DNA of 64,000 nt from an uncultured archaeon (GTDB lineage: Archaea; Aenigmatarchaeota; Aenigmatarchaeia; QMZP01; JACQNV01), in the NCBI GenBank assembly GCA_964410585.1, contig CAYPFW010000001.1, positions 32,001 to 96,000 on the forward strand. The letters are read 5' to 3'. Positions within the stretch are counted from its first letter, which is position 1, and each line of letters opens with the position of its first letter. Under the pieces are notes generated by a model. It saw only the letters and a list, made by a program, of their open reading frames with translations, was not told the origin of the DNA and did not search any database. The position numbers were made by a program, and so were the translations under genes. Of this stretch, positions 37,726 through 47,275 are shown piece after piece.

Positions 37726-38802
37726 ATGAAATTTGCACTTTTGGTTTTCTTGGTTGCCATACTCCCATTTGTTTCGGCACATGAAGGTGGCGATGAACCC
37801 CTAGATGATCTTTCCCTTTCATTCAAAACAATACCCAAACCATATGTCAATTCAGAGGCCTTTCTCGAATTGCATGTAGACGAGGAAGGTTTAGCAGTTG
37901 AAAACCTGAATATAACATTCACCGTTGACAGGCACGATATAGGTGTGTCTGACAAAACAGCAACAGTGGAGAGGGAACCTGGAACATATTTTGCAAAGTA
38001 TGTCTTCCCTAAAGCCGGCTTATGGGAAGTTCATGTTGAGTTCGAGTCTGATGGAAAGGAAATAAGGAAAACTTTTACCTTTGACGTAGAAGAGTCTTCA
38101 AACTATTTTTTTGGGGTTGATTCCAGAATGCTTATAATTGCAACTGTTGTTGTTTTACTTGCTTTCATATGGCTAACAGGTTTAAGAGGAAAGCAAAAAC
38201 ATTTTAGAAGGTCTTCTATAGCCACAATTGTTGTTTTGGCTTTGGTTGGCTTAGGTTATTCGCTTTCAATTTACTTTTCAACTGGTGCTGCATCTGAAGG
38301 CGTGGTGACATGCCCAGATTCTTCAAAACCAAATGAGTGTTTTTGGCAAGCTCATTGGCATGCGTTCATTGTCCCTGAATTGTGTGGCGAGGAGCAGAGG
38401 CTTGAGGTAGAAAAAGGAGCGCTCACAGGACCCCATACACACGAAGAGAAAAATCTAATCCATTGGCACGATAGGATACCAATAGACAAATCAACAGGAG
38501 CCCTGAAAGATGCAACACCTCTTTCTTTGGGAGCATTTTTTGATGCAATTAAAATAGACTTCACATCTGAAAATTTCTTGGGAAAGAAAAATGGCGATCT
38601 TTGTTCAGGAAAGCAAGGCACCTTCAAACTCTTCCACAAAAAGAAAGGCGAACAGTTCAAAAAATTCGAAGGTGATCCAAGAGAACTTGTTTGGAGAGAT
38701 CGGAGTATTGTTGCAATTGTTTTTGACGAAAAAACAGAACAAGAAGCCTTGGAAGAATTGAACAGAAAGAGTATTGAATTTCCTGTGTTGGGGACTGGCT
38801 AG
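37726..38802 (+). CDS. Membrane protein with FixH/YtkA-like Ig domain and His-rich domain
   Basis: Signal peptide ending AH, PGTY...FPKAGLWEV, two TMs, HWH/HTH/HWH motifs. Confidence 0.7.
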   Translation: MKFALLVFLVAILPFVSAHEGGDEPLDDLSLSFKTIPKPYVNSEAFLELHVDEEGLAVENLNITFTVDRHDIGVSDKTATVEREPGTYFAKYVFPKAGLWEVHVEFESDGKEIRKTFTFDVEESSNYFFGVDSRMLIIATVVVLLAFIWLTGLRGKQKHFRRSSIATIVVLALVGLGYSLSIYFSTGAASEGVVTCPDSSKPNECFWQAHWHAFIVPELCGEEQRLEVEKGALTGPHTHEEKNLIHWHDRIPIDKSTGALKDATPLSLGAFFDAIKIDFTSENFLGKKNGDLCSGKQGTFKLFHKKKGEQFKKFEGDPRELVWRDRSIVAIVFDEKTEQEALEELNRKSIEFPVLGTG

Positions 38803-38820
38803 GCTTTTCAGGAAAACGGT

Positions 38821-39375
38821 TTACATGTATCGATAAAGTATATACTTCTTTGCAACTCCAGGCAATTTGTTTTTGACAAAAACAAACTCAATGACTTCTT
38901 TTATATCCCAAACAGGCACAGGTTTCTTGGATTTTCCAAATCTTTTGTCTAAAATTAAAATTACTTCCTTTGTCATTTTCTCTGCAAAATTTCCATCTTT
39001 TATATGGGATTGGTGCAAGCTTTTTTGGATTGATTTGAAAATTTTCTCTGAGTTGAAATCTTCTGTTGTTCCGTCCCTTTTTTCAACTTTTTTAATTTTT
39101 GATTTTTTTGAATGGAGCCAAACAAACATGTATGTGTCACAAACCCTGATCATATTGTTTTCTTTGAAAACAGAGCAAACAGATGATCTCACATCTTCTA
39201 CAGAGACCAAATCTTTCTTCTTTTTCTCCAGAGCCTTCAAAACATCGTCTGCCAAAACTTCTGGCGGGCAAAGTTTGAAATTCGCTTGATGGCACGCCTT
39301 AGCTATGCTTTTGGTTAGTTTTTTCTTCTCAAATTTCTCAATTGTTCCGTCTCTTTTTCTTATCTTTTTTATCAT
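38821..39375 (-). CDS. Stand-alone tandem ATP-cone protein
   Basis: Two KRDGT.E.F...K(L/I)..SI.K units. Confidence 0.8.
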   Translation of the reverse strand: MIKKIRKRDGTIEKFEKKKLTKSIAKACHQANFKLCPPEVLADDVLKALEKKKKDLVSVEDVRSSVCSVFKENNMIRVCDTYMFVWLHSKKSKIKKVEKRDGTTEDFNSEKIFKSIQKSLHQSHIKDGNFAEKMTKEVILILDKRFGKSKKPVPVWDIKEVIEFVFVKNKLPGVAKKYILYRYM

Positions 39376-39376
39376 A

Positions 39377-40189
39377 CTAATCACGATGATAGCCAACCAA
39401 ATACTTCAGTGTAGCCATTATAATTATTACTAGAGCTATTCCTCCTATTAAATGTAGAAGCAAATATGAAGCAACTGTTGAAATTATCCACACACCTAAG
39501 CCAGCCAAGAATAGGCCAACGAGCAACCTCATTAATCCTCTATTCTCCTTTCTCCACTTCTCCAAGTTTTTCAAACCAACACCAGAGTACGCCATGTAGA
39601 TTATAGCTAACAAAGGTGCAATGAAAACCAGGTTATACAAAAGCAAAAGCGGCATAGCAGTTAAATATGACATACCGCTCTGTGACATGTAACTAAGGAC
39701 AGCCAAGTATGGAGCGCCTGTGCAAGGAAGTTCAATTAGAGTGACAATAACTCCAAACATGAACGCAGAGATCAGGCTTCTGTGCGTTCCGCGCGCCCTT
39801 GTTTCAACAGTTGATACAAACCTTTTTGGCATTGCCAAAGAAAATCCGTGACCATACCAAAAGAAATCTTTAATTTCCAAAAAACCTGCAAGGATAACAA
39901 AACTTCCAATTACCATGTAGAACATTTGGCTCACCAAGGCAACTTCTCTCACAGCATTGAAAACTCCTAGAAGTGTGATTCCACCAAGCAAATAAGTGAC
40001 ATAGACACCGAGTGTATATACAAACCCATTAACCAAGATCCCCTTTCTATTTTTCGATTTAACCAAAACACTCAAAAGAAGAATCAAAACACCAATCACA
40101 CACGGATTTATAGAATCAATGAGGGCGCCTCCGAGAACAACAGGGATTGTAGCCTCTGGAGCCGCAACTATAACTTGTTCCAGTACCAT
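39377..40189 (-). CDS. CcdA/DsbD-like thiol-redox membrane protein
   Basis: DSINPC and ELPCTGAPY motifs. Confidence 0.8.
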   Translation of the reverse strand: MVLEQVIVAAPEATIPVVLGGALIDSINPCVIGVLILLLSVLVKSKNRKGILVNGFVYTLGVYVTYLLGGITLLGVFNAVREVALVSQMFYMVIGSFVILAGFLEIKDFFWYGHGFSLAMPKRFVSTVETRARGTHRSLISAFMFGVIVTLIELPCTGAPYLAVLSYMSQSGMSYLTAMPLLLLYNLVFIAPLLAIIYMAYSGVGLKNLEKWRKENRGLMRLLVGLFLAGLGVWIISTVASYLLLHLIGGIALVIIIMATLKYLVGYHRD

Positions 40190-40247
40190 ATTTGATATCT
40201 ATTCTTGCATCTATATATGTTTTGAAAAAATAGAAAATTGGAAAAAA

Positions 40248-40328
40248 TTAACAATATTCACAAACGTTTTTTGAGCTCTTTTTTGCTGGTTTTTTAGAGC
40301 TCTTCTTAGCTTTCTTTTTAGTTGCCAT
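40248..40328 (-). CDS. 26-aa Lys-rich peptide ending in CEYC
   Basis: MATKKKAKKSSKKPAKKSSKNVCEYC; GAGG SD and TATA-like box upstream. Confidence 0.6.
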   Translation of the reverse strand: MATKKKAKKSSKKPAKKSSKNVCEYC

Positions 40329-40391
40329 AAAATACGCCTCAAAGCGGCTTTATCCCCCTATATATTATTATTTCACCGACTAATAAATCAT

Positions 40392-41582
40392 ATGGAATTG
40401 CAAAACGCATACGGATTTATTTTGGGGAAAAACCAGGAGCTTTCAATAGCTGAAATTGTCTCCTATCTTTCTTCAAGAAGGGTAAATTTCGAGATCCTCA
40501 ATTTCACAAAAGATTTTCTGATTGTAAAGATAGATGATATTTCAAAAATCAAAATCCAGGACTTTGGCGGGACCTTGAAAATAGCTTCTATATCCTATTT
40601 TGAACAATATGAAAATTTTGACAACCTAAATTTTTCCAAATTTTTCCCTAAAAAAGAAACAACACTGGACTTTGGTGTGAGCCTTTATGGGGATTCCTAC
40701 AAGAAATTCAAGGCAATTTCCCTTGGAGTCAAAAAAGCTTTGAAGGAAATGGGAATAAAATCCAGTTATTTCCATTTAGAACCTCCGAGAACATCAACAA
40801 CACATGTTGAAGTCATAAACAAAAACCTTTTGCAAACAGCTGACTTGGTTTTCTGTAGGTTTGGGGACAAATACTATGTAGGAAAAACTTTGCAAATACA
40901 CAATCCATTTGAATTCCAGAAAAGGGATGTTTTCAAAGCTTCGCAAAGGGCAATGTATTCAATTCCGCCAAGGCTTGCAAAAATAATGATAAATTTTTTG
41001 GGAATTGAAAAGGGAACAGTACTTGATCCGTTTTGTGGTTTTGGTGCAATCCTCCAAGAAGCTGTGCTTTCTGGTTTTGATGTTCGCGGTTTGGATATAG
41101 AAAAAAATTGTGTCGATGCGTCTGTTGAAAATTTGCAGTGGATGGAAAAAGAATACAAAATCCAAATTCCAGGAATTTCGAGGAAGGTGATTCAGGGAAA
41201 TGCAAAAAGGCTTTCAAATTATTTTGAAAAAGAATCAATAGATGGAATTGCAGCAGAACCATATTTGGGCCCAGCCCTGAAAGCAAAACCAGATGCCTAT
41301 TTGTCCAAAAAAATTCTCCAAGAGTTGAGTCCGATGTACGAAGCTTTTTTCAGAGAGGCTTCTCAAATTTTGAAGCAGGGAGGAAGAATTTGCATTGTGT
41401 CCCCGCGCTTCCAAACACAAGTCGGGACATTCAAACTAGATATAGAAAGGCTTGGCGCAAAGTTTGGTTTGAGAACAGTAGATATTTTGAAACCATACAA
41501 AATCCAGCATACTGTGCCTATGTTAGACTTCGAAGAAAGACACAAGTTAATTAGGGAAATAAATGTGTTGGAGAAATTTTAG
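40392..41582 (+). CDS. Trm11/TrmG10-like RNA methyltransferase
   Basis: PPRLAKIMIN, LDPFCGFG and EPYLG motifs. Confidence 0.8.
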   Translation: MELQNAYGFILGKNQELSIAEIVSYLSSRRVNFEILNFTKDFLIVKIDDISKIKIQDFGGTLKIASISYFEQYENFDNLNFSKFFPKKETTLDFGVSLYGDSYKKFKAISLGVKKALKEMGIKSSYFHLEPPRTSTTHVEVINKNLLQTADLVFCRFGDKYYVGKTLQIHNPFEFQKRDVFKASQRAMYSIPPRLAKIMINFLGIEKGTVLDPFCGFGAILQEAVLSGFDVRGLDIEKNCVDASVENLQWMEKEYKIQIPGISRKVIQGNAKRLSNYFEKESIDGIAAEPYLGPALKAKPDAYLSKKILQELSPMYEAFFREASQILKQGGRICIVSPRFQTQVGTFKLDIERLGAKFGLRTVDILKPYKIQHTVPMLDFEERHKLIREINVLEKF

Positions 41583-42259
41583 TTAGTCTTAGTCGGCTCA
41601 AGTTTTGTCCAGCCAACTATTTTTAAATATTTAGTTTCTCTTTTTAATACTTGAATAACATTAGTACCCACTTCAAATGGTTGTTCTACCTCTCGTCTTC
41701 CAGCAACCTCGTTGATAAAATCAAATCTTGCAAGATCACCTTCACCCAAAAGGCTTGTGTGGGTTCCAACACCAAGTCTATGTATAAAACCCTTTGGATC
41801 TCTCACATCATATAATGTCAGACTTTGACCTATACCATTGAATGTATGCTCAACTTCTACAATGACACCTTCAACTTGTTGTGTTTTTATTGGGGTTTTG
41901 CTCCCTTGATCTACAAAAACTTCATTGTAAACTTTTAGCAATCTTTTTTCTATAGGAGAAAAAACTTGATCCAAAATTGAGTCTGGAAGAATTATATCAC
42001 TGTTTGCAAAATCGCCAACTATATCTTCTCTATATCCTGAATCTCTGGAGTTTCTTACTTCGCCGCGCATTATAATTGTTTCTGGGTATTCAGATCTTGA
42101 TCTAACAAGTGGTTTTTTAGGATCGCCGCGATAAAGAGACAGACCAGTTAATCCACGAATGTCTGATCCCTCAAATCGTATCGCTGTGACCCAGCCTACA
42201 TATTTAGATCCGTCTTCAGCATATCTGTTTATTAGTCTTTGTGGAAGTAATTTACTCAT
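41579..42259 (-). CDS. Hypothetical protein
   Basis: 226-aa ORF downstream of gatB. Confidence 0.6.
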   Translation of the reverse strand: MSKLLPQRLINRYAEDGSKYVGWVTAIRFEGSDIRGLTGLSLYRGDPKKPLVRSRSEYPETIIMRGEVRNSRDSGYREDIVGDFANSDIILPDSILDQVFSPIEKRLLKVYNEVFVDQGSKTPIKTQQVEGVIVEVEHTFNGIGQSLTLYDVRDPKGFIHRLGVGTHTSLLGEGDLARFDFINEVAGRREVEQPFEVGTNVIQVLKRETKYLKIVGWTKLEPTKTN

Positions 42260-42287
42260 CTCAGAAATTGAATATAGGTTTTAAATG

Positions 42288-43715
42288 TTAAACTGACCCC
42301 AGTTTCTTCTCCAATCCCTTCCTTATTTCAACAGCATCAACTTGTCCTCTTGTTTCTCTCATTACTTGGCCGACCAAAAACTCCAAGGATTTTTTCTCGC
42401 CGTTTTTGAAATCGGTGACAGCCTTCTTGTTTGCATCCAAAACTTTTTTCAAAACACTTTCCAAATCTATTTCAGTTTTCCCCAAATTGTATTTTTTGAT
42501 TATCTCCTTTGCTGATTTTTTCTCCTCAACCATTTTTCTAATTGTCTGCTCAGCATTCCTGTCTGTGATCTTTCCTTTCTCAAATTCTTCTAGAAGTTCA
42601 AAAATCCACTCATCTTTCAAACCAGAATTTTTGTATTTTAAGTTGTTCCAATTCAATGTCTTTTTCAAATCGCCTGCCAAAAATCCTGCTGCTATATCTG
42701 GTTTTAGTTTTTTTGAAATTTTCTCAAAAAGGTCAGCAACGTCTTTTTCAGAAATCAAAGACTCTGCGAGCTTTTGGTGAATTTTGTATTGTTTGACAAA
42801 CCTGTCAAATTTCTCATCTGGAAGTTCTGGGATTTCTTTTTTTATTGAATCTAAAAATTGTTTTGTCAGTTCTATTTTTGTCAAATCTGGCTCGAAAATA
42901 TATCCATACTCAGCTTCTTCTTCTTTTCCTCTCATCTCATGTGTTGTCCCAATATCGGGGTTCCATGTCCTTGTTTCCCTTTTTATCTGCGCGTCTTTTG
43001 TTAGCAAATTTTTTTGCCTGATGATTTCAAATTTCAAAGCATCCTCAACTTCCTTTGTCCCTGTGATATTTTTTATTTCAACTCTTGTGCCTTCCATACC
43101 TTCTGGATTCAAAGAAATGTTTGCATCGGATTTTAGAACAGCTTGTGTAGTTGAATCATACATTCCCATATATTCGAGTATCATTGTAAGCTTTGTCAAG
43201 TAAAGTCTTGCTTCTTCTGGGCTTTCAAAATCAGGCTCTGTAACTATTTCCACAAGTGGTGTGCCTGCTCTGTTGTAATCTACTAAAACATATTTTCCGC
43301 CAATTCCACCAACGTGTATGACCTGAGCAGGATCTTCCTCTATATGTATTCTTTTTATCCTGATTGTTTTCTTTTTCCCATTCAAATCAAAACTAATTTT
43401 TCCTTCCAATCCAAGAGGGACTTCGTATTGTGTGATTTGATAGTCTTTTGACATGTCTGGATAAAAATAAGTTTTCCTTGAGAAGAACATTTCTTTAGGA
43501 ATTTTGCATCCAAGAGCCAATGCAGCTTTTGTTGCCAACTCAACAACTCTTTTGTTTAATACTGGTTTTGATCCTGGAAAACCCAAACAAATTTCGCAAG
43601 TTAAAGAGTTTGGTTCAGCATCTTCTTTCAAATTCACAGGATTTTTACAACTGCAAAAAAGTTTGCTCTTCGAGTTCAGTTGGACATGTGTTTCCAGACC
43701 AATTTTTATCTTCAT
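42288..43715 (-). CDS. gatB: Asp/Glu-tRNA amidotransferase subunit B
   Basis: IGLETHVQL, RKTYFYPD, DYNRAGTPLVEIVTEP and GQVMR motifs; ATG 43715 with GGAGG. Confidence 0.95.
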   Translation of the reverse strand: MKIKIGLETHVQLNSKSKLFCSCKNPVNLKEDAEPNSLTCEICLGFPGSKPVLNKRVVELATKAALALGCKIPKEMFFSRKTYFYPDMSKDYQITQYEVPLGLEGKISFDLNGKKKTIRIKRIHIEEDPAQVIHVGGIGGKYVLVDYNRAGTPLVEIVTEPDFESPEEARLYLTKLTMILEYMGMYDSTTQAVLKSDANISLNPEGMEGTRVEIKNITGTKEVEDALKFEIIRQKNLLTKDAQIKRETRTWNPDIGTTHEMRGKEEEAEYGYIFEPDLTKIELTKQFLDSIKKEIPELPDEKFDRFVKQYKIHQKLAESLISEKDVADLFEKISKKLKPDIAAGFLAGDLKKTLNWNNLKYKNSGLKDEWIFELLEEFEKGKITDRNAEQTIRKMVEEKKSAKEIIKKYNLGKTEIDLESVLKKVLDANKKAVTDFKNGEKKSLEFLVGQVMRETRGQVDAVEIRKGLEKKLGSV

Positions 43716-43732
43716 CTTAAAACCTCCAGCGG

Positions 43733-43791
43733 GTCGTGTCTCCTGTGAAGGAGACGCGAGACATCTCTGCATCCATTTTTAGAGATGCAGA
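43733..43791 (+). repeat. Intergenic element, module D, upstream of gatB
   Basis: GTCGTGTCTCC-TGTGAA-GGAGACGCGA-GACATC-TCTGCATC...GATGCAGA. Confidence 0.8.
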
Positions 43792-43879
43792 TTTTAAGGA
43801 ATCCAGCAATCACTGTATCTGATTTCATCTAATTAATTGAAAAATCTAAAATATATAAGCAGTTGAGCCAATTATCCAT

Positions 43880-44908
43880 ATGTACAAACTAATCCCTATT
43901 CTGCTTTTAGTCGCGATAGTTATTGTTTCTGGTTGTATTTCTGTTCCCCCTACAGTTCCTCCGACACCCCCAGAAAATTCATGCAATTGGGATGCTGGAC
44001 CATGTGATGCAATTATTGGCAAAGGATATTTTTTCAATTCTGAAACAGGCAACTGTGAGCCCTCTCCGAGAAGTGGATGCAGCGGTCCCCCATTCCAAGA
44101 CTTATATGAGTGCCAATCGTCTTGTACAGGAAAAATAGATCCTAAAGACAAATGTTTACCCTTGACTCAATCTGAGTGTGAATCAACTGTAGGATGTGAA
44201 CCATACTTTGAAAAAGTTTGCGGTTTTGCTGGAGATTGTAATGATCTATATTATAGCTGCGTGCCTGCAGAAGTAGATCCAGCAACACTCTGTGATGACG
44301 TCAAATGCCCTGAAGGACAAGCATGTTTTGAAGGTGGGTGTGTATCAACTACATCAGAAACAATTGTCTTGAATTTTGATGGATATAGAGAGTCTTGTAC
44401 AGATGAGCCAAAACTGCTTGTTGAAAAGAATGGAAAAAGAACAGAAGTCAAAAACTATCTCTGGGATACAGCTCCGATTTATCTAAATGGAGAATATAGA
44501 GAATATCCTACAATGTGTGATTATGCTGTGTGTCAAAGTGTTTCAGAATATCCGATTGATGTTGAGCTTGTATCGTATGAACAAATTGGCACAAAAGAAG
44601 GAGTACCAGAATACACTACATTGCCAATAAAACAGCCTGTTACAGTAGAATTGAATTATTACAAAACAGAAGATGATTGTAACAAAAAAATAAATACACA
44701 GAAATTTTCGCAAACTTATAATTCTAATGATGTCGAGTTATCAGAAGAAAAACTGTGCCAACAAGCAGGCGGCGAGTGGAAAACTTTCAACAATGGATGT
44801 GTAGATTCATGCCGCAGATATGAAATGTGTACACAGGCTCTTACAGATGGCTGCGACTGTGGGCCAGATAAATGCTGGGGTGGAGAAAGATGTTTAAATA
44901 ATTCCTAA
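43880..44908 (+). CDS. Cys-rich lipoprotein with a Kunitz/BPTI-like domain
   Basis: VSGC lipobox; C..DAGPC...YFFN...C...GC...F...EC...C. Confidence 0.75.
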   Translation: MYKLIPILLLVAIVIVSGCISVPPTVPPTPPENSCNWDAGPCDAIIGKGYFFNSETGNCEPSPRSGCSGPPFQDLYECQSSCTGKIDPKDKCLPLTQSECESTVGCEPYFEKVCGFAGDCNDLYYSCVPAEVDPATLCDDVKCPEGQACFEGGCVSTTSETIVLNFDGYRESCTDEPKLLVEKNGKRTEVKNYLWDTAPIYLNGEYREYPTMCDYAVCQSVSEYPIDVELVSYEQIGTKEGVPEYTTLPIKQPVTVELNYYKTEDDCNKKINTQKFSQTYNSNDVELSEEKLCQQAGGEWKTFNNGCVDSCRRYEMCTQALTDGCDCGPDKCWGGERCLNNS

Positions 44909-44919
44909 AATTGTTGATT

Positions 44920-45207
44920 CTAAACCTTCCCTTTCTTCAAGAAAAATCCCCTAGAAACCATTTCTTTGTGAACTTCCAAAGCAGCATCAGTAAGCTCAGC
45001 TTCTATAGCCAAACCCTTTTCAGAAATTTTCACCAAACCCAAATTTTCTAAATTCCTCAGCGCCTTTATCTCAGAAGCAATTGCTGTCTCATATTTTTTT
45101 TCGAATTTTAGTTTGTCTATCCAGTGAGAAATTCTGTCCATTGTTCTGTGAGCATCTGATGGTTGGAGCATCTCCTTCAAAACATTGTCTAGTTGTCTAA
45201 GATCCAT
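44920..45207 (-). CDS. Small hypothetical, winged-helix-like
   Basis: ALRNLENLGLV...ELT pattern. Confidence 0.5.
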   Translation of the reverse strand: MDLRQLDNVLKEMLQPSDAHRTMDRISHWIDKLKFEKKYETAIASEIKALRNLENLGLVKISEKGLAIEAELTDAALEVHKEMVSRGFFLKKGKV

Positions 45208-45330
45208 ATCAACAAATATTGAAATTCTAAATATAAAACGTTTTCTGTTCTACATTTGTCAAAAAGTCAACTTATTATAGAATTAGGCCTCAAATAGATA
45301 AGGTTAAAAAGCTAACTCTTTGATTATTTT

Positions 45331-46008
45331 ATGGCAGTTGAATTTGTTACAGTAGATAGATTATCAGATGCAAATTTTGAGGAAGTTGTGAGAATACATG
45401 CTTTTTCTTGGCTTCCTATTCTTCAAAGGGAGCTACAAACAGAAGACCAGGACGCAATTTTATCAGCGGTTAGAAATCAATACAATTCTAGAAGAGAAGT
45501 TTTTCCAGAAGGCCAAATAGCTGCTATTTCAGGTGTTTTGGTAGGTTCAATAAGCTCCCTTGTTGTTAGAACACAAACAGTTGCCGATCTCCCGCCAACA
45601 TATTGTGAGATGACAGATAGAGGATATTTGAGAAATCATGTTCCAGATGGAAATACTTTAGTCTGTCCAACTGTCACAGTTGATAAAAATTTTAGAGGTT
45701 TTGGAATAGCGAAAGATTTGGTAAAGGCACAGGCTAGACTCGCTGCTCAAAGAGGCTCTGAATTTTTGTATGCTTATTCTAGACCAGCTGGTTTCAGAAA
45801 ATTTATTGGAAAAAGCGGAGATATGCCAGTAGAGACGTATGTTGGTTTGAAAAGAAATGGTTCACTTCAAGATCCTGTTTTAGGTATGCACTATGATAAC
45901 GGTGCCTGTGTAGCAAGAATAATTCCAGACGCAAGGCCAGCTGATGTGGATGCCCGTGGCCACATTGTTGTGATGCAATATCCGAGGGAAGCTTGGAGAA
46001 GAGGCTGA
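45331..46008 (+). CDS. GNAT-family acetyltransferase
   Basis: FPEGQ and VDKNFRGFGIA motifs. Confidence 0.8.
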   Translation: MAVEFVTVDRLSDANFEEVVRIHAFSWLPILQRELQTEDQDAILSAVRNQYNSRREVFPEGQIAAISGVLVGSISSLVVRTQTVADLPPTYCEMTDRGYLRNHVPDGNTLVCPTVTVDKNFRGFGIAKDLVKAQARLAAQRGSEFLYAYSRPAGFRKFIGKSGDMPVETYVGLKRNGSLQDPVLGMHYDNGACVARIIPDARPADVDARGHIVVMQYPREAWRRG

Positions 46009-46089
46009 TTTTACAAAATTGTCGAATCCCCAAACGTTGGTTTAAATATTCAACATTCGTATTAGTTAGATACTTTTATTTATTTGGCT

Positions 46090-47274
46090 ATGAAACTCTA
46101 TGAGTTTGAAGGTAAAGAACTTTTTAAAAAGTCAGGGATAGCTGTGCCAAAATCTATACTTGTTGGAAGCCCTGAAAACTTACCAAAGAACCTTCTGGTT
46201 GTAAAATCCCAACTTCTGTCAGGAAAAAGAGGAAAGGCTGGTGTGATAAAAGTTTGCTCTTCGCAAGAGGACGTAGAAAAATCTGTAAAAGAATTTTTGG
46301 GGAAAAAAGTCAACAATGAAGAAATTAAAAAAATTCTGCTCGAAGAAAAACTCGATGTCAAAAAAGAATATTACTTGTCAATCACATATGACACGCGTGC
46401 GCGGTCACCTGTTTTCATTCTCTGTGCATCTGGTGGAATGGATATAGAAGAGTACAAAGAAAAAAATCCAGGAAAAGTTTTAATTGAGCCAGTTGATTTG
46501 ACAGAGGAATTTGATCTGAAAAAAGCGCAGGCGCTTGCTAAAAAAGCGGGCTTCCCAGAAAAATCAGCTGAAATAATTTTGAACCTTTTCAATTGTTTCA
46601 AAAAATTCGATTGCAGGATTGCAGAAATAAACCCTTTAGTTGAAACATCGTCTGGTTTTTTCGCAGCTGACTCAAAAATTGTTTTAGATGATGATGCTTT
46701 GTTTAGGCACACTGATCTTGTTTTCCCACCAAGAACAGCAGGGGGAAGACAGCTCACAAAATTAGAAGAAGAAGCAAAACAAGTTGATAAAGAAGATTAT
46801 CGTGGTACAGCAGGCTCGTCTTTCATAGAATTGGATGGCGACATAGCAATTCTTGCTTCAGGTGGAGGGGCTTCAATAACATGTGTAGATGCTTTGATTG
46901 CATATGGCGGTCGCCCAGCAAACTATGTTGAATATTCTGGAAATCCGCCAAAAGCAAAGGTGAAAAGGCTCACAGAAGTCACTTTGTCTAAACCAAATTT
47001 GAAAGGCTGTTGGATAGTTGGTGGCAGAGCCAATTTCACAGATATATATGAAACCCTGAAAGGTATTGTAGAGGCTTTGGAAGAACTAAATCCAAAATAT
47101 CCTATAATTGTCAGAAGAGCAGGACCAAGAGACAAAGAAGCATTTGAAATGCTAAAAGAAAAAGCAAAAAAGCATGGATGGAATTTGCTTGCTTTCGGTG
47201 ATGAAACACCAATGACAGAAACTGCGAAAATTTTGTTGGATGAAATTCGCAAAGTGAATGGGGGAAAGTACTAG
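46090..47274 (+). CDS. ATP-grasp large subunit, ATP-citrate lyase/citryl-CoA synthetase type
   Basis: KRGKAG, EINP, GGGAS, ANYVEYSGNP, GGRANFT and RRAGP motifs. Confidence 0.85.
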   Translation: MKLYEFEGKELFKKSGIAVPKSILVGSPENLPKNLLVVKSQLLSGKRGKAGVIKVCSSQEDVEKSVKEFLGKKVNNEEIKKILLEEKLDVKKEYYLSITYDTRARSPVFILCASGGMDIEEYKEKNPGKVLIEPVDLTEEFDLKKAQALAKKAGFPEKSAEIILNLFNCFKKFDCRIAEINPLVETSSGFFAADSKIVLDDDALFRHTDLVFPPRTAGGRQLTKLEEEAKQVDKEDYRGTAGSSFIELDGDIAILASGGGASITCVDALIAYGGRPANYVEYSGNPPKAKVKRLTEVTLSKPNLKGCWIVGGRANFTDIYETLKGIVEALEELNPKYPIIVRRAGPRDKEAFEMLKEKAKKHGWNLLAFGDETPMTETAKILLDEIRKVNGGKY

Positions 47275-47275
47275 T

